From Yuukianura sp. NJ FZ-2021 (lineage: Eukaryota), in assembly GCA_046563655.1 (NCBI GenBank), contig CM102285.1, positions 11,346,001 through 11,410,000 of the forward strand: a stretch of 64,000 nt of DNA, in the 5' to 3' direction. This document shows positions 53,068 to 64,000 of this stretch, in pieces; the first letter of the stretch is position 1; every line of letters begins with the position of its first letter. A program made the position numbers and the translations under genes. The notes beneath the pieces are model-generated. The model made no database searches and was not told where the DNA came from. It saw only the letters and a list, made by a program, of their open reading frames with translations.

Positions 53068-54319
53068 CTACATGTCCATGTCCATACTACTAGTACGAGG
53101 CTCTGGATCAGCTAAAGTAACTCGAGGGTCCGGTAGAGGGGCAGGCTCTTCTTCTTCTGGCGGTGGTGCAGCATCATCGTCAAGAACTGAAGGGCCTGGT
53201 CCGCCTTTTCCTTTCCTTTCGGCTGGATCCAACAAGTTCAAAAACTCATCTGCGCTTTCATCGTCGTAAACAGTCAGCTCTTGCTTTTCTCCAACAATGC
53301 CAATGCTCACGTTCTGTACAAATCCGAGCACATTTAATATAATCAATCTTTCTCACAGCGTATGTCGTTTGATACTTTTTACCTTATTTGTGAGCTCCAT
53401 TTCCGCTGGAAGAGTATCTCTCAAAGCCCTCAGAGCATGTGCTACCAACTCATTCAGAGTAGAATTAGAAAGCTCGCCCAAATGCTTTTCCAAGTACGTT
53501 CGAGCAGCCTGGGAGCGAGCACCAATGGCCATTCCCTTGCAGTCGTAGTAGTTGGCGGACGGACAAGTTTGGTAAAGATGAGGCCCGAGAGTATCGTATC
53601 CGATGACAAGCAGGCCTACCCCATAGGGCCGACGGTCATAACCTTGGGTTGACATTTGCATCTTATTTCCCATCATCGTCATGATCCGGCTCAGGGGTAG
53701 CGGGACGTCATGAGCGAAACGATAATTCAAGCATTCCGTTCGCAGATACCGAACCAGGCGTCGCGCATCCGCAGTCAGACCTAGTATAAGGTTGAAAAAT
53801 AAGAGAAACGGGAGAATTTTACTATTTGAAACCAACATTAACATTTAGCTTAGTAGTACCTGAAATCGATACTCCCATGTGCTCATCCACTGGAATAATT
53901 TTCTTCTGATGGGCAGCCAAATCCGAAGATGCTCGTTTAAGTGCAACGACCACAGCGTGCGTTTTAGACTTTACTCCAACAGTAGCAGAGCCTTGCTTCA
54001 CTGCCTCCATTGCGTATTCCACTTGATGCAGTCTCCCTGCTGGGCTCCATACTGTTACATCGCTGTCGTACTGATTTCGAAACTGATAGAAAAAGAAGAG
54101 GGATCAGAATCATTATCAACCAGAGTACCTTTCCTTTCATAAATTCACCATAATCTGCTACGGTTTTTAACGGCCCAAGTATTATGTATACGTGTATGTA
54201 ATTAACGAAAAGAATCAATCGTCAACCTTAGTATTTTGCTATTTATCAAAATCTTAACACTACTTTAAAAAGAAAACAAGAGTAAAAGTATTAGAACGAG
54301 AAAAAGTAACCTATACCAT
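53068..54319 (-). CDS. PSMA1: 20S proteasome subunit alpha type-1 (alpha6); first coding exon is ATG only (54319-54317)
   Basis: [77 protein letters not shown], and an acidic/Pro C-terminal tail. Confidence 0.96.
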
Positions 54320-55025
54320 CTTTGATTCGACAATTAGCCAAGCAAAGCGGGTGTTGAAATGTGTGCCAAGGAAATCCGCAGTCCAACAATGGCGTAATAC
54401 TCGAACTCTATCACCTATTTAATTGTTAATTTATTAATTAATCGTATTGATGAGTGATGACACTTCTGCAATAGAAAACAAAAGTGAGTTTACCAAAAAG
54501 AAAAAATATGCAAACTCACCATTCCTTGTCTCGTCTCAAGCGGAATCTTCTTCGGTTTGACTCCAAGACACGCACAACCACCAGGAACCCCTTCCAGATT
54601 TTGGAGATTTTCAGGATTTCGATTTTACACAAACAACAAAATGTTATATTTCATACAACAAATTTATACCTAAAACTTAAATAAATTCACTTTGTTGTTG
54701 TATAATAATTTCTTCCGTTGAAATAATCAAACTTTGCAAAACGGTCTTGTATACTTGTCATAAACATCTTAATTTATAAGCGGATAATCCGATTAGCTTT
54801 GCTGTGGTAAACCCGCTCCATTTTATTAAACTGCAACAGTTCTCATGTAATAAAAGCAGAACAACTTTACAAAAACAAGTTTACTTATTAATTAACATTA
54901 AGTAACAAAAACAATGGAATTGCTAGTTTGCACTTTAATTAATTCCTTTAGTGTTAAGCGTGTGAGCCTTTTTGTCGCGTATAATTTTGTCCAGCTGTAG
55001 TTGATGTAGTCAATTGGATGTTGTG

Positions 55026-55036
55026 TGCAGGGTCAT
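55026..55036 (-). promoter_or_regulatory. ARE / CNC-sMaf (Nrf1/CncC) consensus ATGACCCTGCA between PSMA1 and PSMD6
   Basis: Plus-strand tgcagggtcat is the reverse complement of RTGACnnnGCA, and lies in the divergent promoter region of two proteasome genes. Confidence 0.45.
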
Positions 55037-55535
55037 TTTTGATATCCACAAAATATGAGAAACCGGAATTTTTGGTTTTTGAATTTTGAATTTGCGAATG
55101 ACTTGTCATTTTCAATTCATTCGTGCACCGTACTCGTAAATAATCATTGAAACAAGTTAAATTGCATATTATTTACCTACCCTCAGTATTTAGAGAATTA
55201 AATTAAATTTGATCCTTACCGACCGATATCACCTGTCTGTATTGTTAGCAGAAGATTTGAGAAGCGTAAGTCAGTATTTTACGTCATTCAATTGTCCTTT
55301 GTAGTTAGTTTAGTAGGTATCCGGATTCCTATCCTGAGTTTAGTCAGTTTTATAGAGGTTTTCTTTTACCTACGACCTAACGAGAAAGCGAGAAATCGGA
55401 TATGCCATGCCTGTGACTTGATTGTACTAACTATAAGATTGTTGTGTTAGTAGCTACTAATCGTATTTGATATATTCTTCGTTCGTTTTACAGGGAACCG
55501 TATAACAATACAAGCGAAATAAAAACTTATTCAAG

Positions 55536-57039
55536 ATGCCGCTAGAAGTAGACCAAGAATTGCTGGAGAAAAATCCGGATCTTATGTTGGCCCAGTACAA
55601 ATTTCTGCTTGAAAATGCGGAGTCTCTTCCGCAATTTAGCGCTGCAGACAAGAAACGCTTGGAAGGTCAACTCCTGGCGGCCATAAAGAAGGACAACATG
55701 GCTCCTTTCTTTGAAAAACTTTGCAGCGATTTTAAGAATATGGATTCTATCAAAATGGATCAAAGACTCTACGATGAAATGAAGGAGCGGAATACATTGA
55801 AAATTCAAGAGTTTGACGCCTACATTGAAGATGCTGAGAAGAATTTAACCGAAATGGAAGTTCGGGAAAAGAATCTTGTCAAATCCGAGTATCTTTGCCG
55901 AATTGGAGATTTCGATGGAGCACTGACGGCTTTTCGTAAAACGTTTGAGAAAACAGTGTCCTTGGGACAACGCCTTGATATCATTTTTCATCTCATACGC
56001 ATCGGGCTATTCAATATGGATCACGACGTTATTTCTCGAAACATCGAGAAGGCTAAGATGCTGATTGATGAAGGAGGCGATTGGGACAGGCGTAATCGTC
56101 TTAAAGTGTATCAGGTATTCAATAAAACGAAAGGCTTTTTGGATTTGTCATCTGGATCTGAGTAGAGATCTCAGCATTATGTGAAATAGAATCATTGATA
56201 TTGAACCTAGGGTGCTCGCTCACAGTTCTTCTACTTTACTATTTCTAGGGTACTTATTCCATGGCAATTCGGGATTTCAAGACCTCGGCGTCCCAATTTC
56301 TCGAAACAATTTCAACATTCACTTCTTATGAACTCATGGATTACAACGATTTCGTCCGATATACTGTTATCGTTTCAATGATTGCTTTACCCCGGAATGA
56401 ACTCTACGACAAGATCATCAAAGGAGCTGAAATCCAAGAAGTGCTTCATTCTCCTCGCCAGAAGCTTCTCCGCTCGTATGTCATGTCCTTATACGACTGC
56501 AAGTATGCCCAGTTCTTTTTGGATCTGGCAGAAATCGAAGGGGTAAGCATAAGCAAAGAGACACGAATGCCGCACTAGTCACTACAGCATGAACTATCAA
56601 TTAACTTTGTGAATCGAATCTATCAGGTTTTGAAGGAAGATCGCTTGCTGAATCCGCATTACCGGTTCTACGTTCGTGAAATGAGAGTGAAGGCTTACAG
56701 CCAACTTTTGGAGTCGTACAGCAGCTTGACCCTAAAATACATGGCAGATTCGTTCGGCGTTACTCAGGACTTCATCGACAAGGAGCTTCATCGCTTTATT
56801 GCCGCTGGCAGACTTCACTGTAAAATCGACAAGGTTGCTGGTAAGTACCAACCAAGGTTGACTCAAATAACAGAGGTTTCTGTAAAACGAAATTTAACAA
56901 TATGGAATCTGATGTTCTCATAGGGGTGGTTGAAACGAATCGTCCAGACAGCAAAAACGCACAGTACCAAGCCACCATCAAGCAAGGCGACGTTCTACTC
57001 AATCGAATTCAAAAGCTTTCTCGCGTCATCAACATTTAA
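55536..57039 (+). CDS. PSMD6: 26S proteasome lid subunit Rpn7; exons 55536-56114, 56249-56542, 56627-56840, 56924-57039
   Basis: [96 protein letters not shown]. Confidence 0.97.
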
Positions 57040-57324
57040 AACAAAATTACTTTGTACACCAGGTTCCAGTTTCAATTATCAATTAAAATATTATTGTAAA
57101 CAGTCCTATACTGTCGATTCTTTATTCGGGCGTTCTGGAATCATTTCATACCAATTCTATAGGCGCGAAAATTATGTTAAGCCGACTGACCTTGTACGAG
57201 GCGGTTATTGATTTTTATTTTGAGAATCCCAGTGGATTTCCTGTTCCAGTTCTAGTACGTACGGCTTCGCAGATCGGCGGTGGTTTAGGGTTGCAAATTA
57301 ATTAGTAATCGAATTCGGAAAACG

Positions 57325-60315
57325 ATGTCAACTGCCGAGATTGCTGGTTGTCTGAGTCCAGTCGAATCCGCAAAACTAATTGTTCAGAAAGCAAAAGATG
57401 TCGAGGTTGTGGAAGAAGGCATCAAGAAGACTGCTGACATTGTAAGAATTTGGAATTTAAAACTCACCTAAATAGTATACCATTTTTACGAGTTTATTGA
57501 ATCTTTATTAAAAACTTTAATAACATTGAAAAATGCGTATTGATTATGTGCGAAAAAAATTATATGTATAATTATAATTACGTTTTCAATGTGTTTTAGG
57601 TTTTCGATGCTGTTCTTTCGGGTAGAATTTCATCAACACGCTTCACCGAAACCGAACTGCATCCGAAGCAAGCGAACGAAAAAAGTATTGACTGGATCTT
57701 TCTTATCGATACTCTGAACTTTTCGTTTTGGTCAGAACCGAATAAACCAAAATGGGAAGTGGCATACCAAGGGAAGGTCTACACTGGGTACTTTGCCCTC
57801 TGTGCTGGGGTCAACAGAGCCATTGACGTAAGTTATGCAGTTTATTCTTCTGCTACTGTTCGTTTTTATGTTGTGGAAATCCTGGCTTTTTAGTGCCGAG
57901 GAATCCAAGAAGAAAGTCTTGCTTTCACTGTCACTCTAATCTTAAATCATTTCAAAAGTACATAGTAGAAATCGAGTTGATCTAACGAAAGCAAAAGTTT
58001 TTATTCCCTTGTTTACCCAACTAATTAAGATGATGTTTGTTCATGTAAGCAGTAAACTTAATCTTGGTTTGACATTAAGAAGCAGTCGCGATCAAAACAT
58101 CCTTTGAATTCAAAGCATTTCTAAGTCGCAGATGTAAGAAACTTTCCGAGAAAGTCACAAATTTAATCTTGGGATTGCGGAGGAGAAAGTTTGTGCGCTT
58201 TTGGTCTTTCTTCCTTGGTTCTTTTGAATAAAAGTTTTTGTTTGCTGTGTCATTTAACTGTGCGTCCCGCTTTCACCATTACCTCGTTCATTATCTTCCC
58301 TTAAATCATTGTCGTGCAGAAAGCACAGACAGAAACTGTAAATGCTATTTGATAAAATCCCTTCAATAAATCAGCACACCAGGCTAAACTGATTTAGTAT
58401 GACATTTGAGCATTTTACAGACTTGATGCCTCAAATGTGAATTTTGGTGTCGCAAACTTTTGCACTACCTTGTGGCACGAAGCGTTTTTCTGAGCGTCTA
58501 CACATGTAAAGATGTAACGCTGAGTTTCCGAAATGCCTGGAGACTTTAACCGAGTTTTCGAACCCAATATTCCCACAACGCGTCTTTCTGGAGAAATAAG
58601 TTTTCGTAAGATAAGATCAGCTCTCGGTTTTTGCAGCCAAGGGCCACTACTGACTTTTCCCCTTGACATAACCCGATTTACAGCGTATACAAAATGTCAT
58701 AGATGATTTTTTAAGTTCCTGGGAGTCTAGACTCCAAGCATTTCTGAGCAAAGTTGAGAATTTAGTTTGATTTAATTTTAGGAAGGGATGGATTTAACTG
58801 ACCCCAGGGTTTTCGGCTCACTGACTCGAGAAGATATATTACGGATTTTCCGCTCCGAAACTTCTACATCCATTCCACTGATTGAGCAGAGAATTGAAAA
58901 TTTGAAGGAGGCCAGTCGTGTTCTTCTGGAAAAGTACCAAGGGTCATTTGTCAACTGTGTCAACGCGGCGGGTCAAAGTAGTTACAAGCTTTTACAACTA
59001 ATCGTTTCCGATTTTCCATCGTATCGAGACGAAGGGATATTCGACGGTGTTAAAGGTAACTTAAATTCCTCACATTCAGTGACATAGTTCGAGACTTCTT
59101 TGAGTTTATTCATACTTTCATATTTTTTGTTTGTGATTTTAGTTTCCTTTTGGAAGAGAGCTCAAATTCTGGTTGGAGACGTCTGGGCCTGTTTTGAAGG
59201 GAAAGGATTGGGCTTCTTTGACGATATTGATTCTCTGTCCATGTTTCCAGATTATCGGTACGTGTTCATAAAAGTCCTGTGTGTCCAAGGATACAGTAGA
59301 TACAACTTTCTCTTTCGGGAGACCTGTTACACTAAACTGATTTTGGATCAAGTGAAATTGGTTGAAAAGAGGCTTTCTTGATAAACAACTTCGTCTTTGG
59401 CAGAGAGCAAGTGGTTGACCTTTGGATACATTTTTTTCTGAAACGAGATTTGGAGAAAGGCATAAAGTATGGCCAACAGCCAAGATTGTCTTTTTCCATT
59501 TCCATGTTGTTTTCTTTAGACAGGAATTCAATTTTGTGCTTACACAAGAAACTGAATTCAATCGCATAACTTTTCCCTTGTAGTTTTCCTCTTCATAAAC
59601 CATCGCTGTTGTTGAAATTCTCTCCAAGTTCACGTTTAGAAGCAGATGCCTGTGTCCTCTTCAAATGTCAATTTCGTAATTTGTTTGTTTCAGGATTCCT
59701 CAGGTTCTGCTTCACTTTGGAGCTATCAAGTACTCTCCAGAACTCTACGCTGCTTTGGAGAAAGGTACGCATTTCTAAGCCTCTTTAGTTTTGACTTTCT
59801 CCGGTTCTCGTTAAACTAAAAGTTCGAATTACCACAACAACTAAAGGTCTACTCGACCTCAATCGTACTCTGTAGCGAAGTAGGCACTTGATTCTCAGTC
59901 AAGTTGGTTGATCTCTTAATTGAATTAATTTCATAGTTTTTAATTCCTGAAAGTGAAGTGTCCTTCATTTTTACATAATTTTTCTTCAGCTTTACTGATT
60001 TTTACGATACTCTAACTTTTGAATTTTGTTACAGATGAATTATTGGAAAGTGGGAGTATTCGCGAAATGGAGATTCGCGGTGCTTCAATACATGCGGTGG
60101 AGCTGATTAAAGAGAAAGTGCGAGCTCTCCTGAGAGATGTGTCTTCGGCAGCTGAAGGTTCCAAAGAAGAAAATTCAGCAGTTCAAAGGAAGATTCTGCA
60201 TCCAGATTACGTCAATTCTATCACGATTGACCATTTCCTTTGGGACTACCGTCGGGAACATGTTGAAGAATCGGACAAATTTCCTTTTCATAAAGTACGC
60301 TGTATCTACTATTAA
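57325..60315 (+). CDS. QNG1: Queuosine salvage protein / queuosine-5'-phosphate N-glycosylase (DUF2419, C9orf64), 6 exons
   Basis: LSPVESAKLI; IDWIFLIDTLNFSFW; YTGYFALCAGVNRA; FPSYRDE; FWKRAQILVGDVW; MFPDYRIPQVL; EMEIRGASI; IDHFLWDY; PFHKVRCIYY stop. Confidence 0.92.
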
Positions 60316-63300
60316 AGTACTCACAAAGTATAAGGAAAGATGCAAACATTAAAAATCTCACCAGTGTTTCTCATGTTATAAATTCGACCACCGCTTGAGG
60401 CCTCAATCACGGAGCAGATATGTCATGTGTTTTATTTATTTTTAGACTTCATCTCTCGAAATAAGTGTAAATCATTGATTCCTAGATTAAAACCTGGAAG
60501 CAAAGTTATAAATCCGGAACGAGCAGATTTGCCTCCCAGGGAAGCGATTTGTGTTTTCTGAATATGGACGTGGCTACTTCCTGTGTTGTCTCGGACACCG
60601 TTGATGCGCATGGCCAATTCCAAAACATAATTCTAATTTGGATTCTAGAAACGGAACCGGATTACCGGTGCTTGATGCATCACGCAATAATTATGTAATT
60701 TCCAACAGAAGTGATATTTGCTAGTTTCAACTCATTCGTGCCAAGATAGTCTCAGGAAATTGGGTACGTGACAATCACTGCAGCCAAGTTTTCGAATGTT
60801 CGAAACCACGACTAGCAACAACATCATATGCCTTCACTTAAAAGGTATGAGGTTGTTATGTGGAAGTGTTGCTTGTTAAAACGGAAGTTAGTTAACCGAT
60901 TTTTTTTTTTGCAGCTATGCTTGCCAACTAGTCACGAGTCACCTTTTGACCTCGTCAGTGACAACGGCTTGATGGAGTAACTTCTGCAACCAAAAATTTA
61001 GTGTGGACATAACCAAAATGATGTTCCCAAAGACCAGCCTCTAACATCAGCTTTCACTGTGTTATCTACATCATGTGTTACCGTAGAAAAGTTCTATCAA
61101 TCATCTTCTGAGGAATGGCATCCTGTCGTCACTCCTCTTCCAGAAAATTAAGCATGTGGAGGGGAAAGTTTGTGAAAGTTTTCCTTTGAAAGGTTCCAGT
61201 AAGTCCTTCCATTTAGGACTTTTTCCCTATAACTTTCCGCTTGAAATCGTCAGTAAATGACGATTTTTCCAAGTGTGAAAATGAGGATATCCTCTCAACC
61301 ATTTTCCTCCAAAAAGTGGTGGGTGTTGAATTTTTTTTAAAGGTGAAAGTGACTGACGACAGCAAGATGCGAAGCCTTACGGAAGTTGTGAGCTAACAAA
61401 ACCCAAGATACGGAAAAAACCCTTAACATTTTGATTCATTTTGGAACGTGTGGTTGCGGTAACAGTAGTAGTGGCAACGGTGAAAGTGTGTCTTGACTTT
61501 CTCTTTTTTATTATTAAGGACCAAGCGAAGATAGGGAATTGTTGGACGTTTTCCTGGGCCTTTATTTTTCTTGACTGCCACAAGAACTTTCCCTCTTCTC
61601 TAGGAAATGGATTGACAGACGACAGAATGACAATGACATTAACTTTGGGAGTTTTACGTTTTCTCAGTTATGTTAGACTTTTGCTGAGGACTGGGAACTT
61701 ATAAGTTAGTAAGAGTAGTCGGAAGGACGACAGTAGGCAAACCTAACACTGAGAAGCACTTTATGGCTCTTCTGCTTTTTATGACTCCATCCCAAGTGGC
61801 TTAGAGAAAGCACAGCCTTTTTCCTTTCACCAAATGACTTACGTTTGGTTAGGTTCGGTTATCCCTAGACTTAAGGTTAGGTTAGGCTCAGTGGGCCTTA
61901 AGGCCAAGGATTGGAATCTCTTTGGTGAAAGAAGAGAAAAAAGGAAATGGGAAGTGTTTTTCATAGTTTCCTCAACGAAAAACTTTATGGTCAAAACACG
62001 AAATGGGTTCCCATTGTTGTCAAATTAGAAAAAGCAGCTACTAGTACTTTCTCCCTGTTACTAAAACATGCTCTGTTTGACATTTCAGGGGAACTATGAG
62101 ACACGTTTTGAGTTGATTGCTTCAGGACTTATCGAGAAAGTTTTCTTTGAATTGAAGCATTCACGGGTCGTAAATAACTTGGAAATTAAAAGTAAGATTG
62201 AGACTCAGGATCTTATTAACGATAGCAGCATACACAGCCAGAAAATAATCTAAACGCAACCTTAAGGACTTTGACTTTTTCTTTTTTACGGACTAGAGCG
62301 TAAAACTGGATGATGAAAATTCCTAGAAACGTGCCGGAAGGGTTGGAATTGGGAAGCGTTCCTAACAAACAATGGCCAAAACAGAGTTGTGAATTCTTTT
62401 CACATTTTCGAATTACCGATCTCATCATCATGGATCCGAGTGAGTCTCTGTAAGTTTTTTTGGAATTCAAAATTGGATTTTAAAAAAGTATTTAACTCTT
62501 GCCTTTGCAATGTTTTTTATTCACATTTTCTATTTTATTTTAAACAAAAGTCATCGCTTGTCCCTGCCACAAGAAACTGGAATTTCCACCTATTAGAAGG
62601 CTTGGAAAACTAGTAGAAGTTAAATCACAGGTCTGTTTGACTACAACATTTGTTTCGGTAAAAGTTAGGAAAATATTAATTAGTTTAAATTTTAAATGGA
62701 GCTCTAATTACTTTCCGTACAACGTTCCATTTCTTACATAACAGTTAACACGTTTTTCAATTTGGTTACATCTTGCCAAATTCTAAGTAGCACCGGTAGC
62801 ACCTTTATAACAATGATTTGCTAGACATGTAACTCTGTTCACTGACTCTTTACTTCTAGTGACTTTCCGTTTAATTTTTAGCACAAAAAGTTATACCTAA
62901 TTAACAAAAATTTCATTTCGTTGCTCAAAATTAAAAGTCGCGAATATTTGTCTTACTACAGGGAAGTCTGGATACTTTGTCAATGCCAACCGTGGAAGAA
63001 GGTTCATAAATCCTGAAGCTGTATCTTTTTAATAACTCTGTGCTATTAATTATGGAGTGAACTGAGGACGCTGAGACGTGACGGCAAGTCGCATTTCCGT
63101 CGCATCAAGTTATGAATTTAGGGAAGGAGAAAGTTGTACTTGTGCCTCCCAAAAACACAGTTCGACATCAAACATAACTTTAATAAGCTCTCCTTTCAAA
63201 GTGAGCTGTTTTGGCAAACGCTGTAGTTGTGACTGTAATATTATTTGTTTTTATAAACTTCTGTCCAGGGAGACTTAAAGTCCCCCAGTTCGCTCCTGTT

Positions 63301-63653
63301 TCTATGTTAAGCATCAATTCCTTACTTTTGAGTTTTTAGAACACAGCTTTTGTTTTTTAATTAATCTCCTAGTCGTGCTCGTCCGCCGTCTGTCAAAGCC
63401 ATCTCAAGTCTCAGTCCTTATTAACCTCGTCTCTGTGTTCCCTTTGAGCAGTTTAGCAAGTATTAAATTTTTGGGACCTGCATCACTTATTGCAAAATAT
63501 AATTTTAACCGAAGAAAAAACAACAAAGTTCGCCAAAAATTAACTTTGAAGTTAACCTTTGACCTGATTCAGAATCAAGCCAATTGTAGCTTGTACTGCG
63601 AAATTTGAACTGACCAAATTTCGGACAAATTTCCAAAGAGAAACTGAGAAAGT

Positions 63654-64000
63654 TCAAACGGTTATTTCTTCTGTAAAACGAGATTTGTCATCTAAATCGA
63701 GAATAATTTTGACTGAACCTCTGTTGCTGGAGGAAGTAGTTGGAGCAGATGCTGGGGAGCCAACGGTGTCCGCCTGACTTTGATTTCCTGTCGTTCCTGA
63801 AAGTGATTGTGGTGGTTCCAGAATTTGAACTTTCTCCTCAGTACAAACCCCGGGTTCTTGAGACGGTGGGGCACTTGCAGTTATGATGCTCCCGGGAATT
63901 GTTTCACTTGCTTCAGCCGCAGCTCCATTTTGAATATTCCCTTCTTCAAGTGGGATGAGCAACGTTTTCCGAATGCTATTCCCAACTTCATCCTCTTCTT
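63654..64000 (-). CDS. Terminal coding exon (partial) of an unidentified gene continuing beyond the window
   Basis: The frame is open from the window edge to a TGA at 63654. It encodes a Ser/Pro/Glu-rich, disorder-like sequence ending KIILDLDDKSRFTEEITV, and is GC-richer than the flanking DNA. No family recognised. Confidence 0.6.
   Translation of the reverse strand, partial: EEDEVGNSIRKTLLIPLEEGNIQNGAAAEASETIPGSIITASAPPSQEPGVCTEEKVQILEPPQSLSGTTGNQSQADTVGSPASAPTTSSSNRGSVKIILDLDDKSRFTEEITV

Noticed and set aside
54317..54319. ATG-only first coding exon of PSMA1 as a novelty
   Set aside because: Start-codon-only exons are a known arrangement in proteasome and other housekeeping genes.

Overview
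AT-rich eukaryotic genomic DNA with GT-AG introns, arthropod-like. Short introns and a TRH/EFLamide-type receptor suggest a non-holometabolous hexapod such as a springtail, or a crustacean (inference). The left ~27 kb is gene-poor and holds one 4-exon TRH-receptor-like GPCR. A ~0.9 kb palindromic element within a larger modular repeat follows (~28-30 kb). The rest is a dense gene block: Iwr1/SLC7A6OS-like (-), OXA1L (+), two tandem secreted CUB + trypsin-fold paralogues (+), RPA1 (-), LRPPRC-like (-), PSMA1 (-) head-to-head with PSMD6 (+), QNG1/C9orf64 (+), and the last exon of an unidentified gene running off the right edge. The most unusual feature is the CUB-protease pair. Both carry a low-complexity insertion in the same loop just after the catalytic-Ser motif. 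In copy 1 it is ~68 aa and Asn/Pro/Lys/Arg-rich. In copy 2, whose catalytic Ser is replaced by Thr, it is ~340 aa of mostly Glu/Asp, built from a 201-codon acidic exon and about 11 in-frame micro-exons, after which the protease fold resumes. All gene models were assembled by eye from splice signals and reading frames and need RNA-seq confirmation.
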